Assembly: GCA_902625945.1 (NCBI GenBank)
Contig: CACODG010000003.1
Span: forward strand, 2,466-66,465
DNA: 64,000 nt
Reading direction: 5' to 3'
Source of the DNA: an uncultured Pelagibacteraceae bacterium
GTDB lineage: Bacteria; Pseudomonadota; Alphaproteobacteria; Pelagibacterales; Pelagibacteraceae
Positions 1-10,295 of this stretch are shown one piece after another. Numbering within the stretch: the first letter of the stretch is position 1; every line of letters begins with the position of its first letter. Made by a program: the position numbers and the translations under genes. The notes below the pieces were generated by a model. The model worked only from the letters and a program-made list of their open reading frames with translations. It was not told the origin of the DNA and searched no databases.

Positions 1-958
1 AAAATTCTTTATTGAATATTTTACTCGCATATCTTTTTCCATGATCACAAAGTATAGTTACTATTGTTTTGCCTGGACCCATTTTTTTTGCAAGTTTTAT
101 TGCCCCTGCAATATTTATTCCTGAGGAGCCTCCTAAAACAATTTTTTGATTTTCAATCAAATCATAAACTATATTTAATGCTTCAGCATCGTTAGTTTGA
201 AATGCATCATCAACTAAAGCTTTTTCAAAATTATTTGTAATCCTCCCGGTTCCAATACCTTCTGTGATAGACTCACCTGAACTCTCTAATTTATCATTTT
301 TAATATAGGAATACAGAGAAGATCCCATAGGGTCTGATAAAGCAATTTTTATATCTTTATTCTTGTTTTTAAGACCGATTGAAACTCCGGCTAAAGTTCC
401 ACCAGTTCCTACCGCACAAGTAAATCCATCAATTGATCCAGCTGTTTGACTCCATATTTCTTCAGCAGTAGTTTTAATATGAGCCTCAGTGTTAATAATA
501 TTGTCAAATTGGTTAGCCCAAAAAACACCATTAGAGCTTCTTTTATTTAAATCTTCTGCAATTAGCTTAGACTGTTTAATATAATTTTTTGGATTTGAGT
601 ATGGAACGGCATCTACTTCAATTAGCTCTGCGCCAAGTTTTTTAAGTGTATTTTTTTTTTCTATAGATTGCGTTTTAGGGATTACTATCTTTAATTTTAA
701 ATCGTATACTTTACATACAACCGCTAAACCGATACCAGTGTTTCCAGCTGTACCCTCAACAATTGTACCCCCTTTAGAGATTAATTTTCTATTTATTGCG
801 TCCTGTACAATAAATAATGCTGCTCTATCTTTTACCGACTCGCCTGGGTTAAAGTATTCAGCTTTTCCGTAAATATGACATCCCGTTAATTCTGAGGCTT
901 GTTTTAATTTTACTAATGGTGTATTCCCAATTTGAGCTATGACAGAATTAGTTTCCAT
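1..958 (-). CDS. cysK: cysteine synthase A (PLP-dependent), 3' end truncated by window edge
   Basis: Manual translation of the minus strand from ATG at 958: METNSVIAQIGNTPLVKL...GKAEYFNPGESVKDRAA, with EGTAGNTGIG and GTGGT motifs. Not in the ORF track because the stop lies outside the window. Confidence 0.9.
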   Translation of the reverse strand, partial: METNSVIAQIGNTPLVKLKQASELTGCHIYGKAEYFNPGESVKDRAALFIVQDAINRKLISKGGTIVEGTAGNTGIGLAVVCKVYDLKLKIVIPKTQSIEKKNTLKKLGAELIEVDAVPYSNPKNYIKQSKLIAEDLNKRSSNGVFWANQFDNIINTEAHIKTTAEEIWSQTAGSIDGFTCAVGTGGTLAGVSIGLKNKNKDIKIALSDPMGSSLYSYIKNDKLESSGESITEGIGTGRITNNFEKALVDDAFQTNDAEALNIVYDLIENQKIVLGGSSGINIAGAIKLAKKMGPGKTIVTILCDHGKRYASKIFNKEF

Positions 959-970
959 AACATTAAATAT

Positions 971-1654
971 ATGAAAAAATTTTTACTTTCAATCGCTTTA
1001 ATATTGTTTTTTAATTTAGAAATTAATGCTCATGTTGATCATTATTCTAAATATAACTATCTTGAATATGAGTTATTCAGAAACAATAAATCAATTGGTT
1101 ATCATAAGTACAAATTTGAGAGAAATGGAGATAATTTAGTTGTAGACAGTGAAGTCGACTTCAAAATAACTAAATTTGGTGTGGTTTTATATAAATATTA
1201 TGCAAAAGGAGTTGAAAAATATATAAACGGGGTTTTTTCTGGTTTCAATTCAGAAACTAATCAAAATAAAAAAGAAAAATATGTAAAAATTACCTTAGAC
1301 CAAAAAGATAAAAAATTAATTATTGATGGGTCTTCTTTTAAAGGAAAAGTAGAAAATGATATTATTATAGGAACATGGTGGAATCATGAAATTGTTCAAA
1401 AGAAAGCACAAATAAGTGCAGTTTCGGGAAGAATAATTGAACAAAAAGTAGAATTTAAAGGAAAAGAAGAAATAAAAATAGGAGATAAAGTTTATAAAAC
1501 TTTAAGATTTAATTTTAGTTCATCTGATCCAAGTTTATCTAAAGACAAAAAACTTAACACTGAAATTTGGTACGAAGAAGACACTTTTCTTTGGGTGAAA
1601 GCAGCTTTTGATAAGACTGGTTATTGGGAGTATAGGCTTAAAAAATTGAAATAG
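971..1654 (+). CDS. secreted DUF6134-like protein
   Basis: Signal peptide MKKFLLSIAL..., beta-rich, with IGxH and WWN motifs. Start moved to ATG 971 to avoid overlapping cysK. Confidence 0.65.
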   Translation: MKKFLLSIALILFFNLEINAHVDHYSKYNYLEYELFRNNKSIGYHKYKFERNGDNLVVDSEVDFKITKFGVVLYKYYAKGVEKYINGVFSGFNSETNQNKKEKYVKITLDQKDKKLIIDGSSFKGKVENDIIIGTWWNHEIVQKKAQISAVSGRIIEQKVEFKGKEEIKIGDKVYKTLRFNFSSSDPSLSKDKKLNTEIWYEEDTFLWVKAAFDKTGYWEYRLKKLK

Positions 1655-1797
1655 TTTATTTTTCACACTTTATTTTTTCCCTTTAGTCAACAGTAAAGTA
1701 TGATTTTTTAGCATTTTAGACCCCCCAAAAAAAAAAATTATTGGTATTGCCAAAAAGTTCATTTTGAGGTTTTATGAATAAAAATTTAGGGAGTTCT

Positions 1798-2163
1798 ATG
1801 GAAGAAAATTTCAATATTCATCTAGGAAAAAAGCTAAGAATGAGAAGATTGTCATTAGGATTAACACAAACAAAAGTTGCACAAGCTATAAACGTAACTT
1901 TTCAACAAATACAAAAATACGAAAAGGGTACTAATGGTGTTAGCTCCAACAGATTAATGCAGTTATCACAATTTTTAAAAGTTCCAATTATTTATTTTTT
2001 TGAGGATTACAGGGAATTTAAAGACATTTCATCAGCAGAGAGCGCAAATGATGATTTGAACTATTCCTTTTTGAGCAGAACATTTTCCTCTTTATCAAGA
2101 GTTCAAAAAGAGAAAATTTTACAAATTTTAAGCAACGCTTCAAAGTTCGAAAAAGTAGTATAA
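1798..2163 (+). CDS. XRE-family helix-turn-helix transcriptional regulator
   Basis: VTFQQIQKYEKGTN motif typical of alphaproteobacterial XRE regulators; GGGAG SD precedes ATG 1798. Confidence 0.85.
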   Translation: MEENFNIHLGKKLRMRRLSLGLTQTKVAQAINVTFQQIQKYEKGTNGVSSNRLMQLSQFLKVPIIYFFEDYREFKDISSAESANDDLNYSFLSRTFSSLSRVQKEKILQILSNASKFEKVV

Positions 2164-2164
2164 T

Positions 2165-2240
2165 TGGCTCCTCGGGCAGGACTCGAACCTGCGACCAATT
2201 GATTAACAGTCAACTGCTCTACCAACTGAGCTACCGAGGA
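2165..2240 (-). tRNA. tRNA-Asn(GTT)
   Basis: Reverse complement TCCTCGGTAGCTCAGTTGGTAGAGCAGTTGACT-GTT-AATCAA...GGTTCGAGTCC...GAGCCA; cloverleaf with encoded CCA. Confidence 0.97.
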
Positions 2241-2290
2241 ATAAATGGGAACATACTTTTTTTAAAGGTATAAAACAATAGATTTTTTTG

Positions 2291-2364
2291 TGGAGGCCAC
2301 GCCCAGAATCGAACTGGGATTTAAGGATTTGCAATCCTCTGCGTAACCATTCCGCCACGTGGCC
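2291..2364 (-). tRNA. tRNA-Cys(GCA)
   Basis: Reverse complement GGCCACGTGGCGGAATGG...GAGGATT-GCA-AATCCT...GTTCGATTC...GGCCTCCA. Confidence 0.97.
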
Positions 2365-2471
2365 ATAGTTCAATTTATTTAAATCATTTATTAGTTTTAA
2401 TAAAGCAAAATCTAACTATTTAAGCTTTTTACACTTTTGATATAAAGTAATTATTGAATTAATCAAATAAA

Positions 2472-5120
2472 ATGGAATTTAAAAAATACAACCATATAAA
2501 AGAAGAGAAGAAAATCTCAGATTTTTGGATAAAAAATGGATTGTTTAAACCTAAAAAAACAAAATTAAATAAAAAATTTTCTATAGTAATACCTCCTCCT
2601 AATGTAACGGGGAGATTACATATGGGTCATGCTTTAAATAATAGTCTTCAAGATCTTCTAGTTAGATTTAATAGAATGAAAGGTCTTGAAACTCTATGGC
2701 AACCTGGAACTGATCATGCTGGAATTGCAACTCAAGCAGTTGTTGAAAACAACTTATTAAAAGAGGGAATTAAAAAAAATGATCTAGGAAGAGAAAAATT
2801 CATTAAAAAAATATGGGATTGGAAAGAGGAGTCCGGAGGAATAATTCTAGATCAACTTAAGAAATTAGGTTGCTCGTGCGATTGGTCAAGAACTAGGTTC
2901 ACTATGGACAAGGATCTTTCTAAAGCTGTAATTAAAGTTTTTGTTGATCTGTATAAAAACAAGTTAATTTACAAGGATAAAAAATTAGTCAATTGGGATA
3001 CTAAACTTCAAACTGCTATTTCTGACTTGGAAGTAAATCAAAAAGATGTTCAATCTCAATTATATTACATTGATTATAAGATAGAGAACTCAGATCAAAA
3101 AATCACTATCGCCACTACCAGACCCGAAACCATGATGGGAGATACCGCAGTTGCTGTAAATCCAAAAGATGAAAGATATGTTAATTTAGTTGGAAAAAAT
3201 GTCCTTATTCCAATTGTTAATAGAACTGTCAAAATTATTTCTGATAATTATGCTGATCCGGAGCAAGGTTCAGGAGCTGTAAAAATTACACCAGCACATG
3301 ATTTCAATGACTATGAGGTAGGTAAGAGAAATAAATTGGAAATAATAAATATTTTTGAAGAGAATGGTAAAATAAACAAAAATGGAATTAAAGAGTTTCA
3401 TGGTTTAGACAGATTTGAAGCAAGAAAGCTAATAATTAAAAAATTAAAGGACAAAGGTTCTCTTATAAAAATTGAAAACATTAAAAATAAAGTTCCATAT
3501 GGAGATAGATCAAACACTATAATTGAACCACTCTTAACAGAGCAATGGTTTGTTGATGCGAAAAAATTATCCAAAAAACCAATTAAAGTAGTAAAAGATG
3601 GTAAAACTACTTTTTTTCCAAATAATTGGTCAAAAACATTTTTTCAATGGATGAAAAATATTGAGCCTTGGTGTATATCTCGACAGATTTGGTGGGGTCA
3701 TAGAATACCTGCCTGGTATGATGAAAATGGAAATATTTTTGTAGCTGAAAATGAAAAAGATGCAGTAAAGCTTGCAAAGAAAAAAAATAGAAACAAACAA
3801 TTTAAATTAAGGCAGGAAACAGATGTTTTAGATACTTGGTTTTCATCAGCTCTATGGCCTTTCGCAACTCTTGGATGGCCGAACAAAACTAAAGAACTTA
3901 ATAAATTTTATCCAACTTCAGTTCTTGTTACTGGTTTTGATATAATTTTCTTTTGGGTAGCAAGGATGTTGATGATGGGAAATTATTTCAGAAAAAATAC
4001 ACCTTTTCATAAAGTATATGTTCATGCCTTAGTAAGAGATGAAAAGGGGCAGAAAATGTCAAAATCAAAAGGCAATGTGATTGATCCATTAGATTTAATA
4101 AATGAATATGGAGCAGATAGTTTAAGGTTTACTTTAATTTCGATGGCCTCACCAGGACGAGATGTAAAATTATCAAAAGATAGAGTTACTGGAAATAGAA
4201 ACTTCATAACAAAAATTTGGAGTGCAAATAATTTTTTAAAACTCAATAATTGTAAATTAGATAAAAAAATAAATTTGACCTCAATTAAACTTCCAATAAA
4301 CCATTGGATTTATAACGAATTCATAAAGACACAAAATGTAATCACGAAAAATATTGAAATATTTAGGTTTGATGAGGCTGCCAGATATGCATATCAATTT
4401 GTTTGGCATTCTTATTGTGACTGGTATTTAGAGTTCTTAAAACCTATTTTTAATTCAAAAAATAAAAGTGAAATTAAAGAAGCCAAGGCTTTCTCATCAT
4501 TTATGATGGCGAATATTCTAAGCATTCTTCATCCGTTTATCCCTTTTTTTACTGAGAACTTGTGGTCTTTAAATGCTTATAAAAAGATTTTCAATAATTT
4601 TTTAATCTGTTCCAATTGGCCAGATTTTAAGGCGATTAATAAATTCAGCAAAAATCAAAATGAAATAAATGATTTAATTGAAATAATTTCTAACATCAGA
4701 TCTACTAAAGCAGAGTTAAAAATTACGCCAAAACTATATTGTGACATATTTTTTGATGATAAATCAGGGAAATTAAAGAAATTGGTTAATAAAAATATAA
4801 ATTTGATAAAACAGGTTGGTAGAGTAAATAATGTTCTTAAAACAAAAATAAGGGATAAAAACTCAATAGATATCTTAGTTCTTAAGGAAAAACTTTCATT
4901 AAATTTTAATGAGGATGTAAATTTAGGATCTCAAAAAGAGAGAATTTTACAAAAAATTGAGACAGTTAATAAACAAATAACCAGCTTAAATAATAAGCTC
5001 AAAAATAAGGCTTATGTGACAAATGCACCCAAAGAGATAGTACAAAATGATAAAAATTTAATTAAAGAATTAACTATTGAAGATGGAAAATTAAGAAGTA
5101 TTGTATCAAGTATTAATTAA
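2472..5120 (+). CDS. valS: valine--tRNA ligase
   Basis: PPPNVTGxLHMGH and KMSKS motifs; C-terminal coiled coil. Confidence 0.98.
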   Translation: MEFKKYNHIKEEKKISDFWIKNGLFKPKKTKLNKKFSIVIPPPNVTGRLHMGHALNNSLQDLLVRFNRMKGLETLWQPGTDHAGIATQAVVENNLLKEGIKKNDLGREKFIKKIWDWKEESGGIILDQLKKLGCSCDWSRTRFTMDKDLSKAVIKVFVDLYKNKLIYKDKKLVNWDTKLQTAISDLEVNQKDVQSQLYYIDYKIENSDQKITIATTRPETMMGDTAVAVNPKDERYVNLVGKNVLIPIVNRTVKIISDNYADPEQGSGAVKITPAHDFNDYEVGKRNKLEIINIFEENGKINKNGIKEFHGLDRFEARKLIIKKLKDKGSLIKIENIKNKVPYGDRSNTIIEPLLTEQWFVDAKKLSKKPIKVVKDGKTTFFPNNWSKTFFQWMKNIEPWCISRQIWWGHRIPAWYDENGNIFVAENEKDAVKLAKKKNRNKQFKLRQETDVLDTWFSSALWPFATLGWPNKTKELNKFYPTSVLVTGFDIIFFWVARMLMMGNYFRKNTPFHKVYVHALVRDEKGQKMSKSKGNVIDPLDLINEYGADSLRFTLISMASPGRDVKLSKDRVTGNRNFITKIWSANNFLKLNNCKLDKKINLTSIKLPINHWIYNEFIKTQNVITKNIEIFRFDEAARYAYQFVWHSYCDWYLEFLKPIFNSKNKSEIKEAKAFSSFMMANILSILHPFIPFFTENLWSLNAYKKIFNNFLICSNWPDFKAINKFSKNQNEINDLIEIISNIRSTKAELKITPKLYCDIFFDDKSGKLKKLVNKNINLIKQVGRVNNVLKTKIRDKNSIDILVLKEKLSLNFNEDVNLGSQKERILQKIETVNKQITSLNNKLKNKAYVTNAPKEIVQNDKNLIKELTIEDGKLRSIVSSIN

Positions 5121-6839
5121 ATGTCTAAAATTGATAAAAAAAAACTACCTAGTCGTCATACTTCTTTAGGTCCAGATAGGGCTCCACATAGATCTTTTTA
5201 CTATGCAATGGGAGAAACCGAACAAGATGTGGCGAAGCCATTTGTAGGAGTAGTTTCCACTTGGAATGAGGCCGCACCTTGCAATACAGCTTTAATGCGA
5301 CAGGCACAGTCAGTTAAAAAAGGAGTAAAACAATCTGGTGGAACACCAAGAGAATTTTGCACGATTACTGTTACAGATGGTATTGCCATGGGTCATGAAG
5401 GAATGAAATCATCTTTAATTTCCAGAGAAGTTATAGCTGACTCAGCAGAACTGACAGTTAGGGGTCATTGTTATGATGCACTAGTTGGTATCGCTGGATG
5501 TGATAAATCTCTTCCAGGCTTGATGATGTCTATGTTGAGATTGAATGTACCTAGTGTATTCATTTACGGTGGATCAATTTTGCCAGGAAAATTTAAAGGA
5601 AAAGATGTTACAGTTGTAGATGTGTTTGAAGCAGTAGGTAAACATTCCTCAGGCAAGATGTCTTCTGAAGAATTAAGAGAATTAGAATTAGTAGCTTGCC
5701 CTAGTGCCGGGGCTTGTGGAGGTCAATTTACAGCCAACACAATGGCGTGTGTATCTGAAGCGATAGGATTAGCTTTACCTTATTCAGCTGGAACGCCCGC
5801 CCCTTATGAAGAGAGAGATAAATATGCTTACGAAAGTGGTCAAGCAGTTATGAATTTGTTAGAAAGTAAGATTAAACCTAGAGAGATAGTTACTAAAAAA
5901 TCCTTAGAAAATGCAGCTACAATAGTTGCTGCAACTGGAGGCTCAACTAATGCCGCTCTACATTTACCTGCACTTGCTAATGAAATAGGTGTAAAATTTG
6001 ATCTGATGGATGTTGCGAAAATATTTAAAAAAACACCCTATCTTGCTGATTTAAAACCTGGAGGAAAATACGTTGCAAAAGATATGTGGGAAGCTGGGGG
6101 TGTCCCAATGCTTCTTAAGACTTTGTTTGATGGCGGATATATACACGGTGACTGCTTAACAGTTACGGGTAAGACAATGAAAGAAAATTTAAAGAATATA
6201 AAATTTAATAGGAATCAAAAAGTTTTGAGGGAATATAATAAACCTTTATCACCAGATGGAGGTGTAGTTGGATTGAAAGGAAATTTAGCACCTGAAGGCG
6301 CAATTGTAAAGATAGCAGGTTTAAAAAAATTACAATTTTCAGGTCAAGCACGATGTTTTGACAATGAGGAAGATGCAATGAAAGCTGTTCAAACAAAAAA
6401 ATATAAGGACGGTGATGTAATAATAATTAGATATGAAGGACCAAGAGGCGGACCAGGTATGCGTGAAATGCTGTCAACGACTGGAGCAATATATGGCCAA
6501 GGAAAAGGTGAAAAGGTTGCTTTAATAACTGATGGAAGGTTCTCGGGAGCAACTAGAGGATTTTGTGTAGGGCACGTTGGACCTGAAGCTGCATTAGGAG
6601 GACCAATAGCATTGCTTAAGAATGGCGATAAAATAGATATTGACGCAAAAAAAGGAACTATTAATGTTAGATTATCTAAAGCCCAATTAAGAGCTAGACG
6701 AAAAAAATGGAAAGCAAAAAAATCACAATTTGGTTCAGGAACTTTATGGAAATATGCTCAAACTGTAGGGCCTGCCTATCTAGGGGCACCAACTCATCCT
6801 GGTAAGAAAAAAGAAGTAAAAGATTATTCTAAAATTTAA
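5121..6839 (+). CDS. ilvD: dihydroxy-acid dehydratase
   Basis: [24 protein letters not shown] and TDGRFSG motifs. Confidence 0.97.
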   Translation: MSKIDKKKLPSRHTSLGPDRAPHRSFYYAMGETEQDVAKPFVGVVSTWNEAAPCNTALMRQAQSVKKGVKQSGGTPREFCTITVTDGIAMGHEGMKSSLISREVIADSAELTVRGHCYDALVGIAGCDKSLPGLMMSMLRLNVPSVFIYGGSILPGKFKGKDVTVVDVFEAVGKHSSGKMSSEELRELELVACPSAGACGGQFTANTMACVSEAIGLALPYSAGTPAPYEERDKYAYESGQAVMNLLESKIKPREIVTKKSLENAATIVAATGGSTNAALHLPALANEIGVKFDLMDVAKIFKKTPYLADLKPGGKYVAKDMWEAGGVPMLLKTLFDGGYIHGDCLTVTGKTMKENLKNIKFNRNQKVLREYNKPLSPDGGVVGLKGNLAPEGAIVKIAGLKKLQFSGQARCFDNEEDAMKAVQTKKYKDGDVIIIRYEGPRGGPGMREMLSTTGAIYGQGKGEKVALITDGRFSGATRGFCVGHVGPEAALGGPIALLKNGDKIDIDAKKGTINVRLSKAQLRARRKKWKAKKSQFGSGTLWKYAQTVGPAYLGAPTHPGKKKEVKDYSKI

Positions 6840-8041
6840 TGAAGATTAGACCAGTTATTTTATGTGGCGGCGCTGGAACTAGATTATGGCCTGATATAAA
6901 AAAACATCAAGCTAAACAATTTATAGATTTCGGAGGTTGGACTTTATTCGGAAAAACATTAGAAAGGATTAAAGGCTCATTATTTGATTACCCTATAATC
7001 AGCACAAATATAAAGTACCTTAATGAAATTAAGAAAAACTTAAAAAAAAATGGAATTGTCAAATACAAAATAGTTTTAGAACCTGCGAAAAAAAATACTG
7101 CACCAGCAATTTTATCATCAACACTTATAAAAGATATTCCTGACAAGCAGCCCATAATATTTTTATCTTCAGATCATTTAATTGAAAAAAAAACTAAATT
7201 TAATACTGAAATAAAAAAATATAAAAAATTTTTAAATAATAACAATATTTTTATTTTTGGAATTAAACCAAACTCTAACTCAGATCAATTTGGATACTTT
7301 TTAACAAAAAAAATTCAAAAATTAAATCTTGTGTCACGGTTTATCGAAAAACCTAATTTATCAAAAGCAAAAAAAATTATTCAAAATGATGGATATTGGA
7401 ATTCAGGAATGTTTTTTTCAAGAAAAGATTCTTTGGTAAGTAATTTTAAAAAATATCAAAAAACAATTTTTAATTGTTGTTTGCTAGCAGTAAAAAGAAG
7501 TAAATACAAAAAAAATATTTATTATCTCAATAAAAAAGCTTTCGTTAAAAATCCATCTAAATCATTTGACTATGCAATTTTAGAGAAAACAAAAAATATC
7601 TATGCAATTAAGTTGGATATACCATGGTCTGATCTTGGTAGTTGGAAAGAAATTCTTTTAATGTTTAAAAAAAATAAAATGAAATACTTTAACAAAAAAA
7701 ATATATTTCGTAGACCTTGGGGTAATTATGTTAACTTATTTAATGGAAACAATTTTTTAATTAAGGAATTAAATGTAAAACCTAAGGGAATGTTAAGTCT
7801 ACAAAAGCATTTTTATAGATCTGAACATTGGGTTGTTGTACAAGGTATACCAAAAATAACTTTAAATAGAAAATTATTTTCTAAAAAGCCAAATGAAACA
7901 ATTTTTATTCCTAAAGGATCAATACATAGAATTCAAAATCCGAATAAAAAAAACGTAAAAATTATGGAAGTTCAGTTAGGTGAAATTCTTAAAGAGACAG
8001 ACATTGTTCGTTATCAAGATATTTACGGTAGAGCTAATTAA
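6839..8041 (+). CDS. manC: mannose-1-phosphate guanylyltransferase / mannose-6-phosphate isomerase (bifunctional, shortened)
   Basis: GGAGTRLWP, EPAKKNTAPA, FIEKP, WNSGMF and WSDLGSW motifs, plus C-terminal cupin (RPWG...LSLQKH...EHW). Confidence 0.88.
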   Translation: MKIRPVILCGGAGTRLWPDIKKHQAKQFIDFGGWTLFGKTLERIKGSLFDYPIISTNIKYLNEIKKNLKKNGIVKYKIVLEPAKKNTAPAILSSTLIKDIPDKQPIIFLSSDHLIEKKTKFNTEIKKYKKFLNNNNIFIFGIKPNSNSDQFGYFLTKKIQKLNLVSRFIEKPNLSKAKKIIQNDGYWNSGMFFSRKDSLVSNFKKYQKTIFNCCLLAVKRSKYKKNIYYLNKKAFVKNPSKSFDYAILEKTKNIYAIKLDIPWSDLGSWKEILLMFKKNKMKYFNKKNIFRRPWGNYVNLFNGNNFLIKELNVKPKGMLSLQKHFYRSEHWVVVQGIPKITLNRKLFSKKPNETIFIPKGSIHRIQNPNKKNVKIMEVQLGEILKETDIVRYQDIYGRAN

Positions 8042-8810
8042 TTTCTAATTCTATAGGCGTATGATCAGAAGGTTTTTTTTTTGATCTAGGATTTTTATTA
8101 ATATTAATCGAAACAATATTTTCCACAAGATTATTTGTTAAAAGAAAATGATCAATCCTCATTCCATAATTTTTTTGCCAAGATCCGGCAAAATAATCCC
8201 AAAAAGTATATTCTTGTTTAGTTTTATTTTTAAGTCGGTAGATATCTTTTAAACCTAAATTAATAAGTTCTCTAAATTTCTTTCTTATTTCTAGCTTTCC
8301 AAGAGCGTCACTTTCATATCTCTTAAAATCATAAACATCAATTTCTTCTGGAATTATATTAAAATCTCCGGCAATTAATAAGTTTGGATTACTTAAAAGT
8401 TTTTTTTTAACATTCGAAATAAATTTTTTTAGCCAATCTTTTTTATATTCGTATTTCTCAGTATTTATTGGATTACCGTTAGGCACATAAATATTAATTA
8501 ATTCTATTCTTTTCTTCCTAAGTTCAATTTCTGCAGCAATTATTCTTGATTGATTAAATTTATCTTTTATAAAATCCTTATTAACGTTTTTAAGTTCAAT
8601 TTTTGATATTATGGCTACCCCGTTATAACTTTTTTGACCGTAAACGTAAGATTTAAATCCAATTTTTTCAAATTCATCATATGGAAAACTTTCGTCTTGT
8701 GTTTTAATTTCTTGTAAAAGTAAAATATCAGGATTTGCTTGTTTAATATAAATTAGAATATTATCTATTCTTGCTCTGACAGAATTTACGTTCCAAGAGA
8801 CTATTTTCAT
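8034..8810 (-). CDS. xth: exodeoxyribonuclease III
   Basis: SWNVNS, LQEIK, GDFN, RIDH and SDH motifs; start at the MKIVSWN ATG. Confidence 0.95.
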   Translation of the reverse strand: MKIVSWNVNSVRARIDNILIYIKQANPDILLLQEIKTQDESFPYDEFEKIGFKSYVYGQKSYNGVAIISKIELKNVNKDFIKDKFNQSRIIAAEIELRKKRIELINIYVPNGNPINTEKYEYKKDWLKKFISNVKKKLLSNPNLLIAGDFNIIPEEIDVYDFKRYESDALGKLEIRKKFRELINLGLKDIYRLKNKTKQEYTFWDYFAGSWQKNYGMRIDHFLLTNNLVENIVSININKNPRSKKKPSDHTPIELEIN

Positions 8811-9124
8811 CAAACTGAAAAAGACAGACCACAACCACATGAAGCTGAAGCTTTTGGATTATTTATTACAAAAGACTCTCCGATCATCTCTTTTTTAAAG
8901 TCTACAGTTGAACCTGCAATTATTTCTAAAGACTGCTTATCAATAATTGTTTTATTAAATAACAAATCCTCATTTGTTATTTTATCGTCAAAACTAAAGT
9001 TATACTTAAAACCAGAGCATCCTCCACCTTGAACAGAGATTCTAAAATATTTTTTTACCTCACTTTTTGTGATTTTTTCTATTTGTATTTTAGCTCTATC
9101 TGTAAATTCTAATTTTTTTTCCAT
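8810..9124 (-). CDS. erpA: iron-sulfur cluster assembly accessory protein (ErpA/IscA, HesB family)
   Basis: GGGCSG and CGCGxSF motifs. Confidence 0.9.
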   Translation of the reverse strand: MEKKLEFTDRAKIQIEKITKSEVKKYFRISVQGGGCSGFKYNFSFDDKITNEDLLFNKTIIDKQSLEIIAGSTVDFKKEMIGESFVINNPKASASCGCGLSFSV

Positions 9125-9155
9125 AAAGATTTAGTATATATTCTATATAGTAAGC

Positions 9156-10295
9156 ATGCAAAAAAATTCAATCCAAAAATTGTCTAAATTAGCAGTACCT
9201 TTAAAATCTAAAGGAAGGTTTTATAAAGAAAAAAAAACTTATTTAAGATCAGATTTTCAAAGAGATCGAGATAGAATAATTCATTCCACCGCCTTTAGGA
9301 GACTTAAACATAAAACTCAGGTTTTCGTAAATACCTCTGGTGATCATTTTAGAACAAGGATTACACATTCTTTAGAGGTAGCTCAAATAGCTAGAACTCT
9401 ATCTAAATTTTTTAATTTGAACGAAGATTTGTGCGAAACTCTTTGTTTAGCTCATGATTTAGGACACACACCTTTTGGGCATGCAGGAGAAGACGCTCTT
9501 AATAATTGTATGAAAAAATATGGAGGTTTTGATCACAATATTCAAACTATTAGAACGATTTTGTTTTTAGAAAATAGATACTATGAATTTAAAGGTCTTA
9601 ATTTAACTTTTGAAACTCTTGACGGATTATTAAAACATAACGGACCAATAAAAAATAAAAAAAAATACGATAAAATTTTAGGAAAAAATTATTTTAAAAA
9701 TAAAATAAAATTATCATTAAACCCATCCTTAGAAGCACAAATTGCTTCAATATCAGATGATATAGCTTATAATAGTCATGACTTAGAGGATGGACTTAAG
9801 TCAAACTTATTCAAATTAAAAGAATTAGAAAAAATTCCAATTTTAAAAAATATTATTATAAAGCATAAAAAGAAAACAAAATACTTTTCATCGGATTTAA
9901 TTATAAGACAAATAATTAGAGATATTATAAATGAAATGGTAAAAGATATTATTAGCAACACTAAAAAAAATATAAAAAACTTTAAATTAAAAGATTTAAA
10001 TGATGTTTATAACTCTAGGCATCCTATTGTAACTTTTTCAAAAAAAATGAGAGAATTCGATAAAAAAATAAAAAAATTTTTAAGAACAAAAATGTATTAT
10101 CACAAGAGTGTAAAAGTAAAAACAAACGAAGGAAAAAAAATAATTAGAAAATTATTTTTATCCATTAAAAAAAATCCCAAGAGTTATATTAATGTTAGTA
10201 AGTACGATAAATCTAATATTGCTAGATCAATATCTGATTTTATTGCTGGCATGACTGATAGATATGCAATAAATCTGTACAAAAAGATTCAATGA
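9156..10295 (+). CDS. dgt: dNTP triphosphohydrolase (dGTPase-like, HD family)
   Basis: FQRDRDRIIHS, KTQV, RTRITHSLEV and HDLGHTPFGHAGE motifs. Confidence 0.95.
   Translation: MQKNSIQKLSKLAVPLKSKGRFYKEKKTYLRSDFQRDRDRIIHSTAFRRLKHKTQVFVNTSGDHFRTRITHSLEVAQIARTLSKFFNLNEDLCETLCLAHDLGHTPFGHAGEDALNNCMKKYGGFDHNIQTIRTILFLENRYYEFKGLNLTFETLDGLLKHNGPIKNKKKYDKILGKNYFKNKIKLSLNPSLEAQIASISDDIAYNSHDLEDGLKSNLFKLKELEKIPILKNIIIKHKKKTKYFSSDLIIRQIIRDIINEMVKDIISNTKKNIKNFKLKDLNDVYNSRHPIVTFSKKMREFDKKIKKFLRTKMYYHKSVKVKTNEGKKIIRKLFLSIKKNPKSYINVSKYDKSNIARSISDFIAGMTDRYAINLYKKIQ

Noticed and set aside
2165-2364. tRNA-Asn/tRNA-Cys (and the other tRNAs) as occupied integration sites
   Set aside because: They are flanked directly by core genes, with no att duplication seen.
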